A stretch of 64,000 nucleotides of DNA from Mesotaenium endlicherianum (lineage: Eukaryota), in contig WELA01003362.1 in NCBI GenBank assembly GCA_009602735.1, positions 1-64,000 of the forward strand, in the 5' to 3' direction. A program made the translations under genes and the position numbers. The notes under the pieces are model-generated. The model searched no databases and was not told the DNA's origin. It saw only the letters and a program-made list of their open reading frames with translations. Positions within the stretch are counted from its first letter, which is position 1, and each line of letters starts with the position of its first letter. Positions 38,468-48,841 of this stretch are shown here, piece after piece.

Positions 38468-40579
38468 ATGGAAGTAAAACGCGACATACTATGGAGAGTC
38501 TACCTCTGTTATATACTGGTGGTAGTGGTATGTATCGCAGTGTTTGCCAAAGCGGTGTACATCCAGCAGGTGCAGGGAAAATACTGGCGCAGCATGAGCG
38601 ACAGTCTGCACCAGAAAATAGTAGAGATAGATGCGGAGCGCGGAACCATTTATAGTGAAGACGGGCAAATGCTGAGCACCAGCATTCCGCAATTCGACAT
38701 CTATATGGATTTCAGGGTGGCAGCCCTTCGCGAAAAGAATGGTCAGCGTTTTCGCGAGAATATAGACTCTTTGAGTTATTGTTTATCCAATCTCTTCGGA
38801 GATATGTCGGCCGGTGAATACAAGCAATTGCTGAAGCAAGGCTATCGTGAGAGCAGCGCTTATTTCCCCCTGAAGAAAAAAATATCCTTCAGGCAATACC
38901 AGACCCTGCGCAGTTTTCCGCTGTTCAGGCAGGGCAAATACAAGAGCGGTATGATTGCCAGTGAACGCACCATACGGCTCAACCCCTACCAGATGCTGGC
39001 GTTCAGAACGATCGGTCTGGCGCGTGACTCGAACAAGGTAGGATTGGAAATGACCTACGACAGTGTGCTCAAAGGAAGGAATGGCAAACAACTGGTGCGC
39101 TCCATAGCAGGTGGTGTGAATGTGCCGGTGAATGATAACTATGAAGTAGAGCCTGAGACCGGTAAGGATATTGTAAGCACGATAGATGTTTTCATACAGG
39201 AAGTAGCGGAGAATGCATTAATGCGCATGTTGGTGAAGAACGAAGCGGAACATGGTTGCGCTATTGTGATGGAAACGAAAACGGGCAAGATCAAAGCCAT
39301 TGCCAACCTGGGCAAGCGCAGTGATGGTAGTTATTGGGAAGATTTCAATTATGCCATCACGCCCTCGGAGCCAGGATCAACTTTTAAGCTGGCCACGCTG
39401 ATGGCTTTGCTGGAAGACAGAAAAGTTTCTTTGAATCAAATGGTGAACCTCGAGCAGGGGAACTGGAAAGTTGCAGGTCAAACGGTGTTCGACAGTGAAG
39501 AGCATCCGCCGGGAGAAGTAACGGTGAAGCGCGCCTTTGAACTCAGCTCGAATGTAGGTATGGCAAAACTTACCCTTGCAGGTTTTGGATCTGCGCCCAG
39601 CCAGTTCATCCGCCACCTGAAAAGAATGCGGGTTGATACTATTACCGGTATTGACCTGGCGGGTGAAAAAAGACCGGTGATCTACAAACCCGGCAGCAGG
39701 TACTGGGGGCCTACTACATTACCCTGGATGGCTTTCGGTTATAACCTGTTGGTAAGTCCGCTCCAAACCCTGGTGTTGTACAACGCAGTAGCCAACGGTG
39801 GTAAAATGATGAAGCCTTATCTCGTAAGCGCCATCAAAGAAGAAGGCTTATTGCTGCGCAGTGTTGAACCGGTAGTAGTGGAAGAAAAGATATGCAGCGA
39901 TCAAACCCTGCAAGAACTGAAATCCTGTCTCGAAGGCGTTTGCACAGCAGGAACGGCGGCGGGCGTTTTCAAGAACACACCTTATGCAGTGGCCGGGAAA
40001 ACAGGTACAGCGCTGATGGCTGATAACAACAGGGGGTATGCAGATCAGATATACCAGTCATCATTTGCAGGCTATTTCCCTGCCGGTGACCCGCAGTTTA
40101 CCTGCATAGTAGTGATTAAGAACAAGCCGCATGCATTGTTTCACCATGGCGCTTCGGTAGCAGCGCCGGTGTTCAAAGAGATAGCAGACAGGTTGTACAG
40201 CAGTTATGTGCGGCAGCCTGTTAAAAAAGAAAACGAATGGAAGAAAAATGACAGCAGCAGCTTTAATTATACTGGTTTAAAACAAGAGATGGCCTGTGTG
40301 GCGAGAACCTTGAAGATACCTTATAAAGATACTCCCGAGAGTGTGAACGAGTGGGTTGATTTCGGTGGCAAGAGTATGGGAGCGGTGATGCAATCCAGAA
40401 CCGTTGACGAAAAATTGATGCCGCAGTTGAAAGGGATGGGACTGAAAGATGTGGTATACCTCTGTGAGAACATGGGTTTGAAAATAAAAGCGAATGGAAG
40501 AGGGAAAGTAACTACCCAATCCATTGCAGCCGGACAAATGATCGCAAAAGGACAACTGGTAACGATAGAACTGAATTAA
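38468..40579 (+). CDS. ftsI: Class B penicillin-binding protein (PBP3) with PASTA domain
   Basis: RGTIY, EPGSTFK (SxxK), SSNVG (SxN), GKTGTA (KTG). Confidence 0.95.
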   Translation: MEVKRDILWRVYLCYILVVVVCIAVFAKAVYIQQVQGKYWRSMSDSLHQKIVEIDAERGTIYSEDGQMLSTSIPQFDIYMDFRVAALREKNGQRFRENIDSLSYCLSNLFGDMSAGEYKQLLKQGYRESSAYFPLKKKISFRQYQTLRSFPLFRQGKYKSGMIASERTIRLNPYQMLAFRTIGLARDSNKVGLEMTYDSVLKGRNGKQLVRSIAGGVNVPVNDNYEVEPETGKDIVSTIDVFIQEVAENALMRMLVKNEAEHGCAIVMETKTGKIKAIANLGKRSDGSYWEDFNYAITPSEPGSTFKLATLMALLEDRKVSLNQMVNLEQGNWKVAGQTVFDSEEHPPGEVTVKRAFELSSNVGMAKLTLAGFGSAPSQFIRHLKRMRVDTITGIDLAGEKRPVIYKPGSRYWGPTTLPWMAFGYNLLVSPLQTLVLYNAVANGGKMMKPYLVSAIKEEGLLLRSVEPVVVEEKICSDQTLQELKSCLEGVCTAGTAAGVFKNTPYAVAGKTGTALMADNNRGYADQIYQSSFAGYFPAGDPQFTCIVVIKNKPHALFHHGASVAAPVFKEIADRLYSSYVRQPVKKENEWKKNDSSSFNYTGLKQEMACVARTLKIPYKDTPESVNEWVDFGGKSMGAVMQSRTVDEKLMPQLKGMGLKDVVYLCENMGLKIKANGRGKVTTQSIAAGQMIAKGQLVTIELN

Positions 40580-40582
40580 ACA

Positions 40583-42046
40583 ATGGCAAAACTGCAAGAC
40601 ATATTGTACAAAGTGCACCTGACCCAGGTGCATGGCAGCACGGCTGTTGAGGTGAAAGACATCCAGATCGACTCGCGCCATGTAAGTGCAGGCTCTGTAT
40701 TCGTAGCCATCCGCGGCGCGGCGTCTGACGGACACCGCTTTATTTACAACGCCGTAGAAGCAGGAGCTGTTGCCATTGTATGCGAAGAAATGCCGGAAGT
40801 GATGTCGGACGGCGTGACTTACCTGCAAACCAGTAACACACATGAATCGGTGGCTTATATGGCGCACCAGTTCTATGGGGAGCCATCGCTGAAAATGAAG
40901 CTGGTGGGGGTTACCGGTACGAATGGCAAAACAACCATCGCCACCCTGTTGTTCAAATTGTTTACACAGCTGGGATACACTTGCGGGTTGGTAAGCACGG
41001 TGCAAAACCAGATCGGCGACAAGATCATCCCCGCAACACATACCACACCCGATGCGGTGAGCCTGAATGCTTTGTTGAAACAGATGTACGACGAAGGATG
41101 TACGCATGTATTCATGGAGTGCAGCAGCCACGCCATCCACCAGCATCGCATTACCGGGTTGCAGTTTACCGGGGCCTTGTTCAGCAATATCACACACGAC
41201 CACCTCGATTACCATAAAACATTCGATGAATACATACGTGTGAAAAAAAGTTTCTTCGATCATTTACCGGCTACTGCTTTCGCCGTTTCGAACGCCGATG
41301 ATAAGCGGGGAGAAGTGATGCTGCAGAACACACACGCTAAAAAATATTTCTATAGCCTGAAAACGCTGGCTGCCTTCAAAGGAAAAATACTGGAGAATGC
41401 GCTGACCGGACTGGTGATGCTGGTGAACGATCAGGAAGTGCATTTCAGGCTGATTGGTGAATTCAACGCATACAACCTGCTGGCAGTATACGGCGCGGCG
41501 ATGTGTTTGGGAGAAGATAAGGAGAAAGTGCTGGTGAAACTGAGCATGCTCACCGGGGCGGAAGGCCGGTTCGATTATATCATCAGCAGCGGACTGATCA
41601 TCGGTATTGTTGACTATGCACACACGCCCGATGCATTGGAGAATGTATTGACCACCATTCGCAAACTGCGCAAAGGACATGAACAGATCATTACGGTAGT
41701 AGGCTGTGGTGGCGACAGGGATAAGACCAAGCGGCCGGTGATGGCGCAGTCTGCCTGTGACCTGAGCGACAAAGTGATCTTCACCAGCGACAACCCCAGA
41801 ACGGAAGACCCTACACAGATATTAAGAGATATGGAAGAGGGATTGTCGAGTGCAGCCAAAAGAAAATACATCTCTATTGTAGACAGGCGCGAAGCGATCA
41901 AGACGGCTGTCAGCTTTGCCAATGAAGACGACATTGTATTAGTGGCCGGAAAAGGACATGAAAAATACCAGGACATCGGCGGCGTAAAACATCCGTTTGA
42001 TGATAAACAAGTATTAAAAGAAATGTTTGAGCTATTAAATAAATAA
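40583..42046 (+). CDS. murE: UDP-MurNAc-tripeptide synthetase (DAP-adding)
   Basis: GVTGTNGKTT, HDHLDYH, VDYAHTPDAL, DNPR, AGKGHE. Confidence 0.97.
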   Translation: MAKLQDILYKVHLTQVHGSTAVEVKDIQIDSRHVSAGSVFVAIRGAASDGHRFIYNAVEAGAVAIVCEEMPEVMSDGVTYLQTSNTHESVAYMAHQFYGEPSLKMKLVGVTGTNGKTTIATLLFKLFTQLGYTCGLVSTVQNQIGDKIIPATHTTPDAVSLNALLKQMYDEGCTHVFMECSSHAIHQHRITGLQFTGALFSNITHDHLDYHKTFDEYIRVKKSFFDHLPATAFAVSNADDKRGEVMLQNTHAKKYFYSLKTLAAFKGKILENALTGLVMLVNDQEVHFRLIGEFNAYNLLAVYGAAMCLGEDKEKVLVKLSMLTGAEGRFDYIISSGLIIGIVDYAHTPDALENVLTTIRKLRKGHEQIITVVGCGGDRDKTKRPVMAQSACDLSDKVIFTSDNPRTEDPTQILRDMEEGLSSAAKRKYISIVDRREAIKTAVSFANEDDIVLVAGKGHEKYQDIGGVKHPFDDKQVLKEMFELLNK

Positions 42047-42056
42047 AACAATCAAC

Positions 42057-42170
42057 CGTCATCCTGAGCGAGCGAAGCGAGTCGAAGGACCTGCTGAGCG
42101 TTCGGACAGATCCCTCGGCTGCGCCCTTCGACTCACTGCGCTCGCTCAGGGTGACGACCTCGGGATGACG
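42057..42170. repeat. CGTC double-hairpin element, copy 7 (murE-mraY; nested variant)
   Basis: Extra CCCTTCGACTCACTGCGCTCGCTCAGGGTGACG inside right arm. Confidence 0.95.
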
Positions 42171-42183
42171 TAAAGAATTTTTT

Positions 42184-43503
42184 ATGCTGTATCAATTATT
42201 CACCTGGCTGAAACAAACATTCAACGTTCCCGGAGCGGGGATGTTCCAGTTCCTTACGTTCAGGATTGCGATGGCCATTTTGTTGTCGCTGTTGATTGCT
42301 ACGGTATATGGTAAACGGCTTATTCTATTCCTGCAGCGCAAACAGATTGGCGAGAGTGTGCGCGACCTGGGACTGGAAGGGCAGACACAGAAAAAAGGAA
42401 CACCCACCATGGGAGGCATCATCATATTGCTGAGCATCCTGGTGCCTACGCTTTTGTTCGCCAACCTCGATAAAGTGTACATACGCCTGATGGTATTGTG
42501 TACGGTATGGCTGGGTGTGATCGGGTTCCTGGATGATCACTTCAAAATACGTGCACGTAAAGCGGCACTGGCCAAGGGTGAGAGCTATAAAAAGAAAGAC
42601 AGCGACGGGCTGGCCGGTGTTTCCAAGATCATAGGACAGATCGGTCTGGGTATTATCATCAGCACTACCCTTTACTTCAGCAATGCAGTTACGGTTGAGC
42701 GGGAAGTGATCGGAAACGTGTTTGTGAAAGACAGCGTGCTGCACAGGGGAGAACATTTTGCCAAAGACTCCAATATTGTAGTGAAGAAGATAGATGGGGT
42801 GGAAAGAAAATTCGTTAGGGTGAAAACACCCATCACTACCATTCCTTTTGTAAAGAACCACGAGTTCAATTACAGCAGGTTGCTCACCTGGATGGGCGAA
42901 GGCGCCGAGAAATACACATGGATCATTTATACCATCATCATCACGCTGATCATTACGGCAGTGAGTAATGGCGCCAACCTTACAGATGGACTCGACGGAC
43001 TGGCAGCGGGCACCAGCGCCATCATTGGTGCGGGCATCGGGTTGTTCGTGTATTTGAGTGGTAACTATAAGTTCGCCGATTACCTCAATATCATGTACAT
43101 ACCCAACCTGGGTGAGCTGTCCATATTCGTGGGTGCTTTTGTAGGTGCATGCATCGGGTTCCTCTGGTACAACGCCTATCCCGCGCAGGTGTTCATGGGT
43201 GATACGGGCAGCCTGGCATTGGGTGGTATCATCGCATCATTGGCGGTGATCGTGCGGAAAGAATGGCTGATACCCATTTTCTGCGGTGTGTTCCTGGTAG
43301 AGAACCTGAGTGTGATCATACAGGTCTCTTATTTCAAGTACACAAAGAAAAAATACGGTGAAGGCAGGCGGGTGTTCCTGATGAGTCCGCTCCACCACCA
43401 TTACCAGAAAAAAGGGTTTCATGAAAATAAGATCGTGCTGCGGTTTTGGATTGTAACGGTATTGCTGATGATTGCCTCGATCGTGACATTGAAAATTCGA
43501 TGA
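42184..43503 (+). CDS. mraY: Phospho-N-acetylmuramoyl-pentapeptide transferase
   Basis: [37 protein letters not shown]. Confidence 0.97.
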   Translation: MLYQLFTWLKQTFNVPGAGMFQFLTFRIAMAILLSLLIATVYGKRLILFLQRKQIGESVRDLGLEGQTQKKGTPTMGGIIILLSILVPTLLFANLDKVYIRLMVLCTVWLGVIGFLDDHFKIRARKAALAKGESYKKKDSDGLAGVSKIIGQIGLGIIISTTLYFSNAVTVEREVIGNVFVKDSVLHRGEHFAKDSNIVVKKIDGVERKFVRVKTPITTIPFVKNHEFNYSRLLTWMGEGAEKYTWIIYTIIITLIITAVSNGANLTDGLDGLAAGTSAIIGAGIGLFVYLSGNYKFADYLNIMYIPNLGELSIFVGAFVGACIGFLWYNAYPAQVFMGDTGSLALGGIIASLAVIVRKEWLIPIFCGVFLVENLSVIIQVSYFKYTKKKYGEGRRVFLMSPLHHHYQKKGFHENKIVLRFWIVTVLLMIASIVTLKIR

Positions 43504-43506
43504 TCA

Positions 43507-43609
43507 CGTCATCCTGAGCGAGCGAAGCGAGTCGAAGGACCTGCTTGAAGGTTCGGGCAGGTCCCTCGGCTACGCTCGGGATGACGATCGAAGGGCGCTC
43601 AGGATGACG
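43507..43609. repeat. CGTC double-hairpin element, copy 8 (43507-43586) plus duplicated end (mraY-murD)
   Basis: Second CGCTCAGGATGACG ending 23 nt after the first end. Confidence 0.95.
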
Positions 43610-43622
43610 TAAAAAATAAAAA

Positions 43623-44966
43623 ATGAACAAACATAGACTGGTCATATTAGGCGGAGGAGAGAGCGGTGTAGGTGCTGCTTTACTGGGTAAACAAAAAGGA
43701 TACGACGTGTTTGTGAGTGATGGAGGAGCCATCAAAGACAAATACAAACAAGAGCTCATTGAAAACAATATAGCATTTGAAGAAGGGCAGCATACCGTGG
43801 AACAGGTACTGAACGCCAGTGAAGTGATGAAGAGTCCGGGTATTCCAGAAAAGAACGATCTGGTAAAGCAGATCAGGGCCAAAGGAATACCGGTGATCAG
43901 CGAGATAGAACTGGCGTACCGTTTCAAAGGCGATAGCAAGATCATTGCCATCACCGGCAGCAATGGAAAGAGCACCACTACGGCGCTTACTTATCATATC
44001 TGCAAAACAGCAGGTCTCGATTGCGCCATGGTAGGCAATATCGGCTACTCTTTTGCCAAGCAGGTGGCAGAAGATCCCAAACAATGGTATGTGGCCGAGA
44101 TCAGCTCTTTTCAACTGGATGATATCAAAGATTTCCGGCCCGATGTAAGCGTGTTGTTGAATATCACGGAAGATCATCTCGACAGGTATGAATACCAGTT
44201 TGAGAATTACATCAGGAGCAAGTTCAGGATCATCCAGAACCAGACCATGAACGATTATTTCATTTACTGTGAAGACGATGAAGTGATCATGAACCATTTG
44301 GCATTACTAACCATCCATACTAACCCATTACCATTCTCTATGAAACACGAAGTAAAAAAAGGCGGCTACATCAAAGGCGACCAGATGATGCTAAGAATAC
44401 AGGACGAACGCGTAAGCATGAGCATTTATGACTTTGCGTTAAAAGGTAAACACAATCACTACAATACTATGGCAGCAGGTATTGCCGCAACCACCATTGG
44501 TATCCGAAAAGAAAAGATACGCGAAGCCGTGAAGGATTTCCATAGCCTGGAACACCGGATGGAATTCGTGGCCATGGTAAGGGGCGTTGAATTCATCAAT
44601 GATAGCAAGGCAACCAATGTGAACAGCACATGGTATGCACTGGAAAGTATGAACAAACCCACTGTACTGATATTGGGTGGTACGGACAAGGGAAACGATT
44701 ACGCTTTGCTGAACGACCTGGTAAAGGATCATGTAAAGGCGATCGTATGTATGGGGGTTGACAACAAGAAGATCATAGCCGCTTTTAAAGATATTGTTCC
44801 GGTGATCATTGAAACCGACAGCGCCAAGAAAGCGGTGAACGCTTCTTTCAAACTGGCAGCCAAAGGTGATGTGGTGTTGCTGAGTCCGGCTTGCGCCAGC
44901 TTCGACCTGTTTAAAAATTACGAAGACAGGGGCAAACAATTTAAAGATGCGGTGAAAGAACTCTAA
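43623..44966 (+). CDS. murD: UDP-MurNAc-L-Ala:D-Glu ligase
   Basis: GGGESG, ITGSNGKSTT, EISSFQL, DHLDRY, NDSKATN, LLSPACASFD. Confidence 0.97.
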   Translation: MNKHRLVILGGGESGVGAALLGKQKGYDVFVSDGGAIKDKYKQELIENNIAFEEGQHTVEQVLNASEVMKSPGIPEKNDLVKQIRAKGIPVISEIELAYRFKGDSKIIAITGSNGKSTTTALTYHICKTAGLDCAMVGNIGYSFAKQVAEDPKQWYVAEISSFQLDDIKDFRPDVSVLLNITEDHLDRYEYQFENYIRSKFRIIQNQTMNDYFIYCEDDEVIMNHLALLTIHTNPLPFSMKHEVKKGGYIKGDQMMLRIQDERVSMSIYDFALKGKHNHYNTMAAGIAATTIGIRKEKIREAVKDFHSLEHRMEFVAMVRGVEFINDSKATNVNSTWYALESMNKPTVLILGGTDKGNDYALLNDLVKDHVKAIVCMGVDNKKIIAAFKDIVPVIIETDSAKKAVNASFKLAAKGDVVLLSPACASFDLFKNYEDRGKQFKDAVKEL

Positions 44967-44967
44967 A

Positions 44968-45069
44968 CGTCATCCCGAGCGTAGCCGAGGGATCTGACCG
45001 AATGCTCAGCAGGTCCTTCGACTCGCTTCGCTCGCTCAGGATGACGTTCTTCGCTCGCTCAGGATGACG
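44968..45069. repeat. CGTC double-hairpin element, copy 9 (44968-45046) plus duplicated end (murD-ftsW)
   Basis: Second CTTCGCTCGCTCAGGATGACG ending 23 nt after the first end. Confidence 0.95.
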
Positions 45070-45082
45070 AAAAAAAGGAAAA

Positions 45083-46402
45083 ATGCTAGAAACAAAAGAT
45101 AAACTATTCTCTCAAATGCCTTCGGTGGAAGGCATGCGCAACCAGCTCGTGTACCGCACGAGAGGGGATAAGTTTATCTGGGGTATAGTGGTGCTGTTAT
45201 CACTGGCTTCCATACTGGTGGTATACAGCGCTACGGGATCGCTGGCTTATAAGATGTATAAAGGGAATACCAGCATTTACCTGTTCAAGCAGGTTTCATT
45301 TACCATGATAGGTGTGTTGCTGATCTATTTCCTGCATCGCATCAACTATACTTTGTTCTCGCGTGTGGCTACGATCCTGTTCCTGCTTTCTATTCCATTG
45401 CTGATCTATACATTGTTTTTCGGAGCGAAGATCAATGATGGTAGCCGGTGGATCAAACTGCCCATCATCAACCTCACCATACAGACCAGTGACCTGGCCA
45501 AGCTGGCATTGTTTATGTATATATCCAGGATGCTGAGTAAAAAGCAGGAAATGATCAAGGATTTCAAAAAAGGATTCCTTCCGGTGGTAATACCCGTGCT
45601 CATCATCTGCGCGCTGATCATGCCGGCGAATCTTTCCAATGCCTTGCTCACCGGCGCTACTTCTTTACTGCTGATGTTCATTGGCAGGGTAAGCATCCGG
45701 CACATCCTGCTAACCATCGGCGTAGCGTTGATTCCTGTGGCGTTGATTGTATTGGTAGCGGTTGTTACCTACGATGGAAAACAAAAAGAAGACAATAAAA
45801 AAACAACGGCGGCAGAGAAAGTAAAATCATTCGGACGATTTGGTACCTGGGTAAAACGCGTGCAGGACTTTGTGTATGCCAAAGACACCGAAACCCCATA
45901 CCAGGTGCAGCAAGCCAAGATCGCTATTGCCAATGGCAGTGTGCTGGTAGGATTGGGACCTGGTAATAGTCGCCAACGGAATTTCTTACCACAGGCATAT
46001 AACGACTTCATCTATTCCATCATCATAGAAGAATATGGCTTATTGGGCGGGGCGTTCATGATATTCATATACCTGGTATTCCTGTTCAGGTGTATCAGGA
46101 TATTCAGGCGTTGCCCGTATGCGTTTGGCGCTTTCCTGGCACTGGGACTGAGCTTTACCCTTGTGATACAAGCGGTGGCCAATATGGCTGTGAACGTGAA
46201 CATCGTACCGGTAACCGGCGTAACGTTACCGCTGGTGAGTATGGGTGGTAGCTCGTTCTTGTTCACCTGCGCGGCCATTGGTATCATTTTAAGTGTGGCG
46301 AGGAATGTGGAACAACAGGAAGGAAAAGTGCAGGAGCCGGTGGTGGATCATTTGGCGCCTGTGGAGGAAGGAATGGTTGACCAACAAGAAGTAAAAAAAT
46401 GA
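45083..46402 (+). CDS. ftsW: SEDS glycosyltransferase FtsW
   Basis: RWI, LPQAYNDFIY..IIEEYG, PVTGVTLPLVSMGGSS. Confidence 0.95.
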   Translation: MLETKDKLFSQMPSVEGMRNQLVYRTRGDKFIWGIVVLLSLASILVVYSATGSLAYKMYKGNTSIYLFKQVSFTMIGVLLIYFLHRINYTLFSRVATILFLLSIPLLIYTLFFGAKINDGSRWIKLPIINLTIQTSDLAKLALFMYISRMLSKKQEMIKDFKKGFLPVVIPVLIICALIMPANLSNALLTGATSLLLMFIGRVSIRHILLTIGVALIPVALIVLVAVVTYDGKQKEDNKKTTAAEKVKSFGRFGTWVKRVQDFVYAKDTETPYQVQQAKIAIANGSVLVGLGPGNSRQRNFLPQAYNDFIYSIIIEEYGLLGGAFMIFIYLVFLFRCIRIFRRCPYAFGAFLALGLSFTLVIQAVANMAVNVNIVPVTGVTLPLVSMGGSSFLFTCAAIGIILSVARNVEQQEGKVQEPVVDHLAPVEEGMVDQQEVKK

Positions 46403-47487
46403 AACGAATCATCATAGCCGGTGGCGGCACCGGCGGACATATTTTCCCAGCCATTGCCATTGCCAATGCATTGAAGCAGCAAGCGCCCGACACGGAAATA
46501 TTGTTCATCGGTGCGCAGGGTAAAATGGAGATGGAGAAAGTGCCGCAGGCGGGATATGCTATACAGGGACTGGATATAGCAGGATTCAACAGGAGCTCTT
46601 TGATCAAAAATATCAGTCTTCCTTATAAACTGGTAAAGAGTTTTTACCAGGTACGGAAGATCGTAAACGCTTTTCAACCCGATGCAGCAGTGGGTGTAGG
46701 TGGTTATTCCAGTTTCCCGGTATTGCGTTATGCGCAGTCGAAAGGAATACCCACATTCATTCATGAGAGCAATTCCTTTGCAGGCAAAAGCAATATCCTG
46801 TTGGGAAAGAACGCTACGGAAATATTTGTGGCATCGGCGGGAATGGAAAAGTTTTTTCCGGCAGATAAGTTATTGGTAACAGGTAACCCGGTAAGAAAAG
46901 CCATTATTCAATCTGCTATGGCGCGCGATGAAGCCATCCGCTTTTTCGGACTCGATCCGAACAAGACCACCGTGCTGGTGGTGGGCGGTAGCCTGGGTGC
47001 CCGCAGCATCAATGAAGTAGTGGCTTCGCATGTTACCGATCTATTGTCATTGGATTTGCAAATGATCTGGCAAACAGGTAAGAACGGTGCCGAAGGATAC
47101 AAAGAGAGAGGCAAACCATTTCCCAATGTATGGGTAGATGCATTCATTACGGAGATGGACAAAGCTTATGCTGCGGCCGACCTGGTAGTATCTAGGGCCG
47201 GGGCTATGTCGGTAGCCGAATTGTGTGTGGCAGGTAAGCCGGTAATATTCGTGCCTTACCCGCATGCAGCGGAAGATCACCAGACAGTGAATGCGAAATA
47301 CCTGGTGAATAAAGAGGCTGCTTTGCTGGTGAAAGATGAAGAAGTGCGGGTGAAGTTGTTCTCCACCATCGTTCAACTGGCGAAAGACAAACAGAAACAA
47401 CATGAACTGCACGAGCGCATTAGCCAGTTAGCTGTTACCAATGCAGATGAAGTGATCGCAACCGAAATTTTAAAACATTTGAAGTGA
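46399..47487 (+). CDS. murG: Undecaprenyl-PP-MurNAc-pentapeptide GlcNAc transferase
   Basis: GGGTGGHIFPA, GVGGY, HESN, GGSLGA, SRAGA, DHQ..NA. Confidence 0.97.
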   Translation: MKRIIIAGGGTGGHIFPAIAIANALKQQAPDTEILFIGAQGKMEMEKVPQAGYAIQGLDIAGFNRSSLIKNISLPYKLVKSFYQVRKIVNAFQPDAAVGVGGYSSFPVLRYAQSKGIPTFIHESNSFAGKSNILLGKNATEIFVASAGMEKFFPADKLLVTGNPVRKAIIQSAMARDEAIRFFGLDPNKTTVLVVGGSLGARSINEVVASHVTDLLSLDLQMIWQTGKNGAEGYKERGKPFPNVWVDAFITEMDKAYAAADLVVSRAGAMSVAELCVAGKPVIFVPYPHAAEDHQTVNAKYLVNKEAALLVKDEEVRVKLFSTIVQLAKDKQKQHELHERISQLAVTNADEVIATEILKHLK

Positions 47488-48839
47488 ACCCACTGGCAAC
47501 CATACAAAAAATATATTTCATAGGTATCGGCGGCATTGGCATGAGTGCACTGGCCCGTTATTTCCATGCAAAAGGAGTGGAAGTGAGCGGGTACGACAGA
47601 ACATCCACACCACTGACACGTGCGCTGGAAGACAGCGGGATAAAGATTCATTACGAAGAGCGGGTTGACCTGGCGCCCAAAGATGCCGATGTTGTGGTAT
47701 ACACACCTGCCATTCCTGCACAGCATGCCGAGCTGGTATATTATAAAGAACATGGTTATACGGTAGTGAAGCGAAGCGATGTATTGCAGTGGATCACGGA
47801 AAGCTCTTTCAATATCTGCGTAGGAGGCACACACGGTAAAACAACCGTTACCACCATGATTGCACACTTGCTGCGCCACTCTGGTTATGGGTGCAATGCA
47901 TTCCTGGGAGGCATATCGGCTAATTACCAAACCAATTTCTGGAGTAATGAAAGGAATGTAGTAGTGGTAGAAGCCGATGAATACGACCGCAGTTTTTTGA
48001 AACTGGTACCCGATATAGCGGTGATCACAGCGATGGATCCCGATCACCTCGATATCTATGGTACGGCGGAAGAAGTGGAGAAAGCCTTCATCCAGTTCTC
48101 ACAGAAAGTAAAACCGGGAGGATGCCTGGTAACCAAATACGGATTGAAGCGGGGTGCCGACCTGAAAGCGGCGCACCATTTTGAATACAGCGTGGACAAT
48201 ACTGCAGCCGGTGTACATGCAGCTGATATCAAAGTAGAGCAAGGCAGTTACCGCTTTGATGTGGTAGCGGAAAACTGGAAGCTGAACGATGTGGTATTGC
48301 ATGTAGGCGGATTGCACAATATTGAAAATGTATTGGCGGCGATTACGGTAGCGAAATACTTACAAATAGGCGATGAGCAGATCAAAGCAGCAGTGGCCGA
48401 CTTCAAGGGTGTACACCGGCGCTTTGAGTATGCACTGAAAAATACAGCCCATACACTGATCGACGACTATGCGCACCACCCGGAAGAACTGAGAGCGCTG
48501 ATCAGCGGTGTAAGGAGTTTGTTTGGAAAAGAGCAGCTGGTGTTGGTGTTCCAGCCTCACCTGTTCAGCAGAACGAAAGACCTGGCCGATGCATTTGCTG
48601 AGAGCCTTGATATGGCAGATGAAGTGATCCTACTGCCCATTTACCCGGCAAGAGAATTACCGATGGAAGGGGTGAGCAGTGAATTGATATTGAACAAAAT
48701 GAAATTGAAGCATAAACAGGTACTTGATAAGGAAGTGATGAAAGGATGGATGAAAGAGCACAAGCCCGGACTGGTAGTGATGGCGGGTGCAGGAGATATT
48801 GATGCACAGGTGCAGGCAGTAAAAGAATTGCTTTTATAA
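47484..48839 (+). CDS. murC: UDP-MurNAc:L-Ala ligase
   Basis: FIGIGGIGMS, GTHGKTT, EADEYDRSFL, DDYAHHP, FQPH; GTG start overlapping the murG stop. Confidence 0.97.
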   Translation: MNPLATIQKIYFIGIGGIGMSALARYFHAKGVEVSGYDRTSTPLTRALEDSGIKIHYEERVDLAPKDADVVVYTPAIPAQHAELVYYKEHGYTVVKRSDVLQWITESSFNICVGGTHGKTTVTTMIAHLLRHSGYGCNAFLGGISANYQTNFWSNERNVVVVEADEYDRSFLKLVPDIAVITAMDPDHLDIYGTAEEVEKAFIQFSQKVKPGGCLVTKYGLKRGADLKAAHHFEYSVDNTAAGVHAADIKVEQGSYRFDVVAENWKLNDVVLHVGGLHNIENVLAAITVAKYLQIGDEQIKAAVADFKGVHRRFEYALKNTAHTLIDDYAHHPEELRALISGVRSLFGKEQLVLVFQPHLFSRTKDLADAFAESLDMADEVILLPIYPARELPMEGVSSELILNKMKLKHKQVLDKEVMKGWMKEHKPGLVVMAGAGDIDAQVQAVKELLL

Positions 48840-48841
48840 GC

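Noticed and set aside
42047..42183. Absence of murF between murE and mraY as a repeat-caused deletion
   Set aside because: murF is commonly outside the dcw cluster in Bacteroidota; no remnant is visible
43334..43978. 214-aa minus-strand ORF crossing repeat copy 8 (RHPER...VIPSVAEG...AQDD)
   Set aside because: Antisense shadow of mraY/murD plus translated repeat; no independent coding evidence
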